This document shows, piece after piece, positions 1 through 8,493 of a DNA stretch of 64,000 nt; the stretch's first letter is position 1, and each line of letters opens with the position of its first letter. This DNA is from Arcobacteraceae bacterium (GTDB lineage: Bacteria; Campylobacterota; Campylobacteria; Campylobacterales; Arcobacteraceae): NCBI GenBank assembly GCA_965224485.1, contig CBDCZH010000015.1, forward strand, positions 192,001-256,000, given 5' to 3'. The notes beneath the pieces were generated by a model. That model had not been told where the DNA came from, did no database searches, and saw only the letters and a list, made by a program, of their open reading frames with translations. Made by a program: the position numbers and the translations under genes.

Positions 1-741
1 AGCAAGAAGCATAAAAACTAATACAGATATAAGAACTTTTTTAATAAAAGATTCTCCACCTTTAATAGCATAATGACTTCCAATATAAGAACCTAACATA
101 TTAGCTAATGCCATAGGGATAGCTACCATCCAGATAATTTTTCCTGCAAATAAAAATGCAATAGCAGAACCTACATTGGTTGCTAAATTTAAAGGTTTTG
201 TTGAGGCTGTTGAGATTAAATACGGTAGATTTAAAAACTTTTTCATAGAAATAGTCATATAAGTTCCAGTTCCTGGTCCTAATAAACCATCATAAAAACC
301 AATAGGAGCTGTACTTAAAATAATATTTTTTTTACTAAGTTCTATCTTCTCTTCTTTTATATTTTTACTTTTTTTAAGTAAAAAAAGTAAAGCAATAGGA
401 ATTGATAATAAAATTGCCCACTGTATTATCTCATCATTTATAAACATAATTAAACTAGACCCAATATAAGATGTTATTAAACAAGGAATAATTCCAATAG
501 AAACTACTTTCCAAGAAATTTTCTTGCTTGCTGCATATTTTATACTTGCCATTAAAGTACCAAAAAGTGATGCCATTTTATTGCTTGCTAGTACAAAAAT
601 AGGTGGAATTCCTGATAAAAGAAGAACAGGAACTTGTATCATTCCTCCTCCTCCTGCAATTGAATCAATATATCCAGCTATAAAACCTGTTATTATAAAA
701 ACTATTATCCAAGTAAGTGTAATATCTTGTAAAAATTCCAT
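1..741 (-). CDS. Sulfite exporter TauE/SafE (TSUP) family membrane protein, 3' end truncated by window edge
   Basis: Manual translation from ATG at 741: MEFLQDITLTWIIVFIITGFIAGYIDSIAGGGGMIQVP...GFYDGLLGPGTGTY; both motifs typical of TSUP family; absent from the ORF track because the stop lies outside the window. Confidence 0.9.
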   Translation of the reverse strand, partial: MEFLQDITLTWIIVFIITGFIAGYIDSIAGGGGMIQVPVLLLSGIPPIFVLASNKMASLFGTLMASIKYAASKKISWKVVSIGIIPCLITSYIGSSLIMFINDEIIQWAILLSIPIALLFLLKKSKNIKEEKIELSKKNIILSTAPIGFYDGLLGPGTGTYMTISMKKFLNLPYLISTASTKPLNLATNVGSAIAFLFAGKIIWMVAIPMALANMLGSYIGSHYAIKGGESFIKKVLISVLVFMLLA

Positions 742-902
742 ATGACTTCTTTTGATTTTTTTATAATTATAACTAATATTTACAAAGTAAGAGCTAAGAT
801 TTTTTATTAATTATTTTTATAAGATTTTTTGCTTGATATAGATTAATTTTTATAAAAAATCTTTTGTTATTATAAGTATTAAATTAAGGATTTTTATATT
901 TT

Positions 903-2093
903 ATGAAAACATTTATTCAAACACTTATTATTTCATTTCTTGTTATAGTTTTTTTATTATGCCTTCCTTATATCTTACCTACAAAAGTGCAGCTACAATA
1001 CGAAAATGATAATGATTTAAGACAGCGTGCTTTTGATAAAGGTTTAAAAGCAAATCCTACTACTTTGTTAAAGCTTAAAAAAGTTTTAAAACAAAATAGC
1101 AAAAGTATGAGTATAAATAAAATTCTTTTAGGTAAAGAACTGTTTTATGATACTATTTTATCAAAACACAATGATTTATCTTGTGCTTCTTGTCATTGGC
1201 TTAGCAAAAATGTTAAGCAAGAAAATATAATGTTAACACAACTTCTTAAAGTTGAGGAACAAAACTCCTGTTTAAGCTGTCATTTAAATGATCAAAGTGG
1301 AACAAATAGAAGGCAAACAGCCTTAGGCCATGATAAAATTCAAAATCCATTACATTTAAATACTATTTCTATTCTAAACTCTTCTTTATCAAAATATTTA
1401 AGCTGGAGTGGGGAAGTTAAAAGTATGCAAGAGCAGGTAAAAAACTCCATTTTAGGAAAATATAAATTAAATTTAAAAGAAAAGGAACTGATTGAAAGAC
1501 TAGAAGATGATGAAAAATATAAAAAGTCTTTTAAAAAAAGTTTCAATAATGAAAAAATAAGTTTTTTGGATGTACAAAATGCACTTAGTGCTTATGTTAA
1601 TACCGTAATAACAAGAAGCCGTTTTGATTTATTTTTAGAAGGAAATAATAATGCTATTTCAAAACAAGCAAAAAGAGGTTTAGTTAATTTTTTAAATTAT
1701 GGCTGTAGTGGTTGCCATACAGGTAGAAGTGTTGGAGGTCAAAACATACAGAGATTTCCCTTAAGAACTTTTGCAGGAATTCATGACTTAAAACCAAACT
1801 TTACTCTTTATCCAGAACTTAAAATTATAGATAATACTTTTCCTTTTGTAAATACAGGAGGATATAAAGGACGGGCTGATACACAATTTTTCAAAGTTCC
1901 TATTTTAAGAAATGTAAGTAAAACTTCCCCTTATTTTCATAATGGTGCAGTTTCAAAATTAAAAGAGGCAGTTCAAATAATGGCAAGACATCAATTAGGT
2001 AAAAATCTAGAAGAAGAAAAAGTATATGAAATACTAGCTTTTTTAAAAACCCTTGAAGGTAAAAGAGTTGATTATAAAATGAGTGAAGAATAA
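903..2093 (+). CDS. Cytochrome c peroxidase/MauG-family protein with three CxxCH motifs, N-terminal membrane anchor
   Basis: LGKELFYDTILS..SCASCH, SRFDLFLEG, GCSGCHTG, FKVPILRNVSKTSPYFHNG are bCcP-family motifs; extra CLSCH. Confidence 0.85.
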   Translation: MKTFIQTLIISFLVIVFLLCLPYILPTKVQLQYENDNDLRQRAFDKGLKANPTTLLKLKKVLKQNSKSMSINKILLGKELFYDTILSKHNDLSCASCHWLSKNVKQENIMLTQLLKVEEQNSCLSCHLNDQSGTNRRQTALGHDKIQNPLHLNTISILNSSLSKYLSWSGEVKSMQEQVKNSILGKYKLNLKEKELIERLEDDEKYKKSFKKSFNNEKISFLDVQNALSAYVNTVITRSRFDLFLEGNNNAISKQAKRGLVNFLNYGCSGCHTGRSVGGQNIQRFPLRTFAGIHDLKPNFTLYPELKIIDNTFPFVNTGGYKGRADTQFFKVPILRNVSKTSPYFHNGAVSKLKEAVQIMARHQLGKNLEEEKVYEILAFLKTLEGKRVDYKMSEE

Positions 2094-2094
2094 A

Positions 2095-3951
2095 ATGAAA
2101 AATTTAAATATTAAACTAATGTTGGCTCTTATGTTTATATCTGGTGTTTTATTAATGGATGTTTTTAATATAAAATGGCAAGTACATACACAAATTCTTC
2201 TTGTTCATGTTTTCTGCTCACTTTTAATTGCTATTTTATTTTTAATTCCTTTTGTTAATAAACATTCATATCTTTATATTGTTGAAAAAAAAGTCAACTC
2301 TATAAATGGTTGGTTCTTAGGTTTTATTCTATTATTAAATATTTTTTCTGGTTTCTATCTTTTTTTTATTGGAAATACAGGAGGAGATATTATTGGTATT
2401 CTTTCTTCTGATATTCACTTATATTCCTCTTTTGTTTTTCTTCTAGCATTTTTTATACATATTAGAAAGAAAGTTAAAAAATTTAAAAATCAACAAAATC
2501 GACAAAGCGTTCAAAGTATATTGTTTCTATTATTTCTCTTAAGTTCTGATGTTTATTCTTTTAGTGATGAGTCTTTTAGAGCTTTTAAATCTTTCAAAAG
2601 TAGTAATTTTAAAATTGAGAAAAATGTAGAATTTTATGTTTCAAAAGACTGGAGCAATTCTACTAAGTGTAAAGCTTGTCATGAAGAGATTTTTAATCAA
2701 TGGGCAAACTCAAATCATAAAAACTTAGTAGATTCAAATCCTTATTATATGGTTTTAGAAACTCTAGCAGGAGAAGTTGAAGGGCAAGAGTTTAGAAAAT
2801 GGTGTATGTCTTGTCATAATCCAAGTTCACTTACTACAGGTGAAAGTAAAACAGGTCACAGTATGAGTGGAAATTTTTTAAACAATACAATTTTTGAAAA
2901 AAATGCAAATACGCTAGTAAAAGATTTCCAAAAACATGGAAACGATCAATTAGAAGAAGGGGTATCTTGTATAACTTGTCATAGGATCATGCAAACAAAA
3001 GAAGAAGGTAATGCTTCATATTCAATAAACCTAAGATCTCAAAAAAAATATCCTTTTGAAGAATCAGATACTGGTATTGCAAATTTTTTAGGACATAAAT
3101 TTATAAATGCAAACCCTAAAGAGCACAAAAAAGCATATTCAAAAGATTTATATAAAAAAAGTTCTTATTGTGCTTCTTGCCATGATGAAACATCTCCTTT
3201 TACTAATAAGAAAATTGTAAATACTTATGGAGAATGGAAAAAATCTCCTTATAATAATTTAAGCGATAAAACAAAACATAAAACTTGTATAGACTGCCAT
3301 ATGACAAATTTGTCAGATAATAAATTTTCACCACTAAAAGATAGATCAACAAAAGGTGGAAAAATAAAAGATGATGTAAAAGTTCACTATTTTACAGGAG
3401 CAAATCATTTTTTATCAGGGCTTAAAAGCAAAAAACATGAAGAGCAAAGTATACAGTTACTAAAAACCTCCGCCACTCTAGATGTAGCTATCAAAAACAA
3501 TAAAATCTATGTGGGAGTTACAAATATAGGAGCAGGTCATCACTTACCTACAGGAGTAGCAGATTTTAGAGAGTTATGGTTAGATATTACTTTAAAAGAT
3601 GCAAAGAATAGAACTATTTTTTCTAGTGGAAAACTAAAAAAAGATGGTAATTTAGCTTTAGACGCACGACCTTTTATGAAAGTATTTGCAGATAAAAATG
3701 GTAAAGAAGTTGGACTTTTATTTTGGAGGTATGAAACACTGTTAAAAGATACTAGAATACCTGCTAAACAAAGACGAGTAGAAGTTTATAATATAAAAGA
3801 AAAACTAAATTATCCACTTGAAATTTCAGTAAAACTAAACTTTAGAATATATCCACAATGGGTAACATCTTTAGTTCAAAAAGCCTACCCTGCACTTCCA
3901 AATCCACCTGTAATAAACTTACAAGAGCTAAAAAAAGAGTTTTTAAAATAA
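2095..3951 (+). CDS. Membrane-anchored multihaem (5 CxxCH) cytochrome c
   Basis: CKACH, CMSCH, CITCH, CASCH, CIDCH; N-terminal ~150 aa with 4-5 hydrophobic helices; C-terminal GAGHHLPTG domain; alternative GTG start at 2083. Confidence 0.85.
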   Translation: MKNLNIKLMLALMFISGVLLMDVFNIKWQVHTQILLVHVFCSLLIAILFLIPFVNKHSYLYIVEKKVNSINGWFLGFILLLNIFSGFYLFFIGNTGGDIIGILSSDIHLYSSFVFLLAFFIHIRKKVKKFKNQQNRQSVQSILFLLFLLSSDVYSFSDESFRAFKSFKSSNFKIEKNVEFYVSKDWSNSTKCKACHEEIFNQWANSNHKNLVDSNPYYMVLETLAGEVEGQEFRKWCMSCHNPSSLTTGESKTGHSMSGNFLNNTIFEKNANTLVKDFQKHGNDQLEEGVSCITCHRIMQTKEEGNASYSINLRSQKKYPFEESDTGIANFLGHKFINANPKEHKKAYSKDLYKKSSYCASCHDETSPFTNKKIVNTYGEWKKSPYNNLSDKTKHKTCIDCHMTNLSDNKFSPLKDRSTKGGKIKDDVKVHYFTGANHFLSGLKSKKHEEQSIQLLKTSATLDVAIKNNKIYVGVTNIGAGHHLPTGVADFRELWLDITLKDAKNRTIFSSGKLKKDGNLALDARPFMKVFADKNGKEVGLLFWRYETLLKDTRIPAKQRRVEVYNIKEKLNYPLEISVKLNFRIYPQWVTSLVQKAYPALPNPPVINLQELKKEFLK

Positions 3952-3970
3952 AAAGTAAATATTTTACTTT

Positions 3971-4924
3971 TTATTTTAACTCTAAAATACAATTTTTTAC
4001 ATTTTCACAAGAAGAACTTGTATCAAACTGTATTAAAATATGATTAAAACCTAAATCTTCTAAGTTATGCTTTATTTTTTTTCTTAAAACTTCGCTTTGT
4101 TTTAAAATTGTAGAATCATCTTTTAGTACTAAATGAAAAGAGATAAAAGAAAGTTTTGAACTTGGTTTATGTAAGTGCAAATCATGATACTCTAAAATAT
4201 TATCATCAATTAATATTTTTTCATTTAAATCATCTTTTTTTATATTACTTAGATTTGCATCCATTAAAGATAAGAAACTCTTTTTTAATAAAGAATAAGA
4301 ATGAAATAAAATATAAACAGAAAAAATAATTGTTAAAATTGAATCAATATAATATATTTTAAAAAAGTATATAAAAATACCTGCGATTATTACTCCAAAA
4401 GATATTAAAGCATCACTTAACATATGTAAATAAGCTGATTTTATATTTGCATCTTCTTCATTATTGTGCGAATGAGAAGAATGATTATGGCTAAGGGAAT
4501 GAGAATGCTCATGCGAAGAACAAGATGCAACACCCATTTTATTTAATAAATAAGCAGAAATACCATTTGCAAAGACAGCAACAATACCAACACTTATCAT
4601 ATATATTGGTTCAATTATCTCAGGAGTAAAAAATCTTTGTATTGCTACATATATCATAACTATCATAGTTATATATAAAAAAATTGTATTTACAAAAGCT
4701 GCCATCATTTCTGCTCTTAAAAAACCAAAGGTAAATTTGTATGATAATTTTTTTGTAGCTAATTTAATAGCTAAATAAGTAATCATAATAGCAATAACAT
4801 CACCAGTATTATGTAAAGCATCTGCAATTAAAGCAAATGAATTAGATATCAAACCAAACATAATTTCAAATACAATAATTATAAGATTAAATATTATAAT
4901 CCATAAAATCTTTTTTTCTTTCAT
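3971..4924 (-). CDS. Cation diffusion facilitator (CzcD/ZitB-like) metal exporter
   Basis: ALIADALHNTGD, His-rich loop HEHSHSLSHNHSSHSH, SAYLHMLSDAL, HDLHLH. Confidence 0.93.
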   Translation of the reverse strand: MKEKKILWIIIFNLIIIVFEIMFGLISNSFALIADALHNTGDVIAIMITYLAIKLATKKLSYKFTFGFLRAEMMAAFVNTIFLYITMIVMIYVAIQRFFTPEIIEPIYMISVGIVAVFANGISAYLLNKMGVASCSSHEHSHSLSHNHSSHSHNNEEDANIKSAYLHMLSDALISFGVIIAGIFIYFFKIYYIDSILTIIFSVYILFHSYSLLKKSFLSLMDANLSNIKKDDLNEKILIDDNILEYHDLHLHKPSSKLSFISFHLVLKDDSTILKQSEVLRKKIKHNLEDLGFNHILIQFDTSSSCENVKNCILELK

Positions 4925-4934
4925 TTTCTTTCCT

Positions 4935-4957
4935 TATACTATACCCCCTATAGTATA
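4935..4957. promoter_or_regulatory. Putative CsoR/RcnR-family operator
   Basis: Perfect 9-bp inverted repeat TATACTATA-CCCCC-TATAGTATA just upstream of the CDF gene RBS. Confidence 0.7.
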
Positions 4958-5106
4958 TAATCTTAGATTAAAGGAAGCTTATTTGTTAAGTTGTAAGTTT
5001 TTAAGTTGGTAGGTTTAGTTGTAAGTTGGTATGTTTGGAAGGTGTGGTTTGTTTTGCTGTATATATTACTTAAAAGATAATTTTTTTATCTTTTAAGTAT
5101 TTTTTA

Positions 5107-6012
5107 TTAAATTAAGTTTTTGAAATTTCTTACAGAGTATAGTTTTAATTCATCACTTTTTAAAGCTTTTAGTTCATTTGAAAAACCATTTTTTGAAAAA
5201 ATTGCAAAAATATCAACATCTATTTCAGCTTTTTTACAAAGCTCTTTAAACTTTGTTAGTTCAGATTTTTTGATTTTTTGATTTGTATACTTACAGATTC
5301 CTGCAATTACTTTTCCACTTTTTGTTTTTCCTAGTAAAGAAATTTCAATATTATCATCCCAATATCTTCCTAGTTCTATTATTTTATCTTCGCTAAAAGA
5401 TTTTTTTATTAAAGCATGAGATAATTCTTCAAAAATTTGATTTCTAAACTCTATTTTTTTATTTGAAAACTTTTTCTTAAATTCATCAAATCGTCTTTCA
5501 GTAATACTTAAGTATATTGGGGAAACAAAAGCAAACCAAAATCGTAAATAAGCTGAAGTAAATATAAGTTTTTCTGAAACAACTAATTGATTTTGTTTTT
5601 TACTATATTTTTGAAAAGATTTTTCTAAAAGAAGTAAATCACTATCACAAAGTTCATCAATTATTTTAATTCCTTCTTCAAAAGACACTTTAGATCTTTT
5701 AAAAGCTGAATTTGTTCTTCTATCACCTTGCGCTACTCCGGTTAAAATAGCATGAGCAACTCCATATCCTGATGTAAAGTCATGAACATCACTTTTTAGC
5801 TGATAATATTTTTTTAAAATATTTTCTTCTATATTTTCTTCTAAATCTTTTTCTAAATCTAGTTTTATATCTAAACCACCAAAAATAGTAAAATAGTTTA
5901 TAGCTTCTTCTAAATCTTTGAAAGAGTTTTTCTTGCAAAAATATGAAAATTGTTCTTGTATTGATTTGTGACTTAAAAGTATAAGAAATCCTTTTTGTTT
6001 TATAAAATACAT
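5107..6012 (-). CDS. DUF234-type protein (winged helix plus degenerate PD-(D/E)XK domain)
   Basis: FTIFGG, YLRFWFAFVSP, FEELS, GRYWDDNIEI, GICKY, FSKNGFS resemble the C-terminal half of archaeal-ATPase/DUF234 proteins. Confidence 0.75.
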   Translation of the reverse strand: MYFIKQKGFLILLSHKSIQEQFSYFCKKNSFKDLEEAINYFTIFGGLDIKLDLEKDLEENIEENILKKYYQLKSDVHDFTSGYGVAHAILTGVAQGDRRTNSAFKRSKVSFEEGIKIIDELCDSDLLLLEKSFQKYSKKQNQLVVSEKLIFTSAYLRFWFAFVSPIYLSITERRFDEFKKKFSNKKIEFRNQIFEELSHALIKKSFSEDKIIELGRYWDDNIEISLLGKTKSGKVIAGICKYTNQKIKKSELTKFKELCKKAEIDVDIFAIFSKNGFSNELKALKSDELKLYSVRNFKNLI

Positions 6013-6161
6013 TATATCATTCTAATTTATTGTTTTAGATTTTAAGAAAAAGCATAATTCAAATATATTTGAAAATCTCTTATAAAATGATTAAAAAACT
6101 ATTTACATTTATATATCTTTAAGTTATAATTTAGACCTATATCAACAATTGAAGACATTAA

Positions 6162-7526
6162 ATGAAAAAACATTTTATTGAACAAGCTCTTATCTTTTTT
6201 AGCGTAAGCAAATGGGTTCTTTTATCCTCTGCTATTGGTGTAATAATTGGTGCAATTGTTACTTTCTTTTTAAATACTCTCCATCAAGCAGAATCAGCTC
6301 AATCTTTGCTGCCCTTTCACTCATATTATTTACTTCCTTTTGGCCTAATGCTAACAGTGTATTTAGTAAAAAGATTTGCGCCTAATGCAAAAGGTCATGG
6401 AACTGAAAAAGTAATTGAAGCAGTTCATAAGCATGATGGAAAAATAGATGCCGCAGTAATCCCTATAAAACTTTTAGCAACTGTTATTACTATATTTACA
6501 GGTGGTTCAGTTGGAAAAGAGGGTCCAGGGGCTCAAATTGGAGCGGGAGCAGCTTCATTTATTTCACAACTTTTTAAATTTTCCCCAAAAGATAGAAGAA
6601 AATTAGTAATTTGTGGAATAAGTGCAGGTTTTGCAACTGTTTTTGGAACACCTATTTCAGGAGCTATTTTTGGAGTAGAAGTTTTAATAGTTGGAATAAT
6701 AATGTATGATGTTTTATTACCATCTTTTATTTCAGGTTTTGCAGCTTTTACAACTGCTAAATTATTAGGAATAAAATACACCTATTACCATATGCAATTT
6801 TCAAACTCTATTCCTGTTGATTTAACACTTGTAATGCAAGTAATGTTAGCTGGTTTATTTTTTGGACTAATTTCTGATTTTTTAATTACTTTTATGAAAA
6901 AAACAGAAAACTATATTAGGGCAATAAAAGTTAATCCTTATATCAAAGCTTTTTCTGGTGGTACTTTTTTAGTAATACTATCTTTTTTTATAGGTGATCA
7001 ATATTTTGGTTTAGGTTTAGATACTATTTCATCTTTATTTTATAGTGATCCTGCCCTTGCAGAAGAGCTACCTTGGTATGCTTTTATTGCTAAAACTATT
7101 TATACTTCTATTTCTTTAGGAGTTGGAGGAAGTGGAGGAATTATTACTCCTATTTTTTATATAGGTGCTAGTTCGGGACATCTTTTTGGTTCAATAATGG
7201 GTGACAACGTAGCTTTATTTGCAGCTCTTGGTCTTACATCTGTTTTATCAGGAACTACAAATGCACCAATAGCAGCTACTATTATGGCTGTTGAATTATT
7301 TGGTATTGATATTGCGCACTATGCTGCAATATCAGCAGTAATTACTTTTTTAATAACAGGGCATAGAAGTGTATTTCAATCACAAATTCTTAAAATGAGT
7401 AAATCTGATATGTTAAATATCTCTTATGGTGATGATATAAGTGGTTCAAGTGTAGACTTAAGTACTAAAAGTAAAGAAAAGATGGCTAAATTTAGAAGAA
7501 AAATTAGTTGGAAGAATAAAAAGTAA
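6162..7526 (+). CDS. ClC-family chloride channel/transporter
   Basis: GGSVGKEGP, GFATVFGTPISGAIFGVE, GGSGGIITP, TNAPIAATIMAVELFG. Confidence 0.92.
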   Translation: MKKHFIEQALIFFSVSKWVLLSSAIGVIIGAIVTFFLNTLHQAESAQSLLPFHSYYLLPFGLMLTVYLVKRFAPNAKGHGTEKVIEAVHKHDGKIDAAVIPIKLLATVITIFTGGSVGKEGPGAQIGAGAASFISQLFKFSPKDRRKLVICGISAGFATVFGTPISGAIFGVEVLIVGIIMYDVLLPSFISGFAAFTTAKLLGIKYTYYHMQFSNSIPVDLTLVMQVMLAGLFFGLISDFLITFMKKTENYIRAIKVNPYIKAFSGGTFLVILSFFIGDQYFGLGLDTISSLFYSDPALAEELPWYAFIAKTIYTSISLGVGGSGGIITPIFYIGASSGHLFGSIMGDNVALFAALGLTSVLSGTTNAPIAATIMAVELFGIDIAHYAAISAVITFLITGHRSVFQSQILKMSKSDMLNISYGDDISGSSVDLSTKSKEKMAKFRRKISWKNKK

Positions 7527-7535
7527 TTATTTAAT

Positions 7536-8492
7536 ATGAAAGATTTAAAAAAAAGTAAAAATGTTTTACATAAAAGAAACTTACATAAAGATTTATATAA
7601 TTTTGAAGCTTTAAGTAAAAGTGAACCTTCACTAAAAGAGTTTGTTGTAAAAAATAAATATGATAATTTATCAATTGATTTTTCAAACTCTAAGGCAGTA
7701 TTTGCTTTAAACAAAGCACTTTTAGCGTATTTTTATAAAATTAAAACATGGGACTTACCCGAAAACTACCTATGTCCAGCAATTCCAGGACGGGCTGATT
7801 ATATTCATTATTTAGCAGATTTATTAGCAAAAAACAACAATAATAAAATTCCTAGTAAAATAAAAGCATTAGACATAGGAATTGGAGCAAATTGTATTTA
7901 TAGTATCTTGGGAGCTAGAATTTACGATTGGGACTTTATAGGCTCTGATATTGATTCTAAGAGTATAGAAATTGCAAATAATATAATTTCTGCAAATGAA
8001 AATATCAAAAATAAGATAAAAACACTTGTACAAAAAGATAAAAGCAGTATTTTTAAAGAAATAATAAAAGAAAATGATTATTTTGATCTAACTATATGTA
8101 ATCCTCCTTTCCATAACTCAAAAGAAGAAGCAAATAAACAAAGTAGCAAAAAAGTAAAGAACTTAAATAAAAATGGCCATAATAAGAATAGAGAAAACTC
8201 TGTTTTAAATTTTGAGGGCCAAAATAATGAACTCTGGTGTGAAGGTGGAGAACTACAATTTATTAAAAAAATGATACAAGAGAGTAAACAATATAAAAAC
8301 AATTGTTTATATTTTACTTCTTTAGTATCTAAAAAAGATAATTTACCCTTATTGTATGCTGAGCTTAAAAAAGCAAAAGCTTTAGAAATTCAAACTATAC
8401 AAATGGCACAAGGTCAAAAAATATCTCGATTTATTGCCTGGAGTTTTTTAAGCAAAAAAGAGCAAAAAATCTGGGTTTTAGATAAGTGGTAA
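7536..8492 (+). CDS. rlmF: 23S rRNA (adenine1618-N6)-methyltransferase
   Basis: LCPAIPGRADYIHYLADLL, LDIGIGANCIY, CNPPFH, ELWCEGGE, MAQGQKISRFIAW. Confidence 0.93.
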   Translation: MKDLKKSKNVLHKRNLHKDLYNFEALSKSEPSLKEFVVKNKYDNLSIDFSNSKAVFALNKALLAYFYKIKTWDLPENYLCPAIPGRADYIHYLADLLAKNNNNKIPSKIKALDIGIGANCIYSILGARIYDWDFIGSDIDSKSIEIANNIISANENIKNKIKTLVQKDKSSIFKEIIKENDYFDLTICNPPFHNSKEEANKQSSKKVKNLNKNGHNKNRENSVLNFEGQNNELWCEGGELQFIKKMIQESKQYKNNCLYFTSLVSKKDNLPLLYAELKKAKALEIQTIQMAQGQKISRFIAWSFLSKKEQKIWVLDKW

Positions 8493-8493
8493 A

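Noticed and set aside
524..745. 73-aa plus-strand ORF and other short ORFs nested in long genes (e.g. 6533-6781, 16125-16373, 37258-37587, 30695-31027)
   Set aside because: Antisense or alternate-frame shadows of well-supported genes, with no independent motifs
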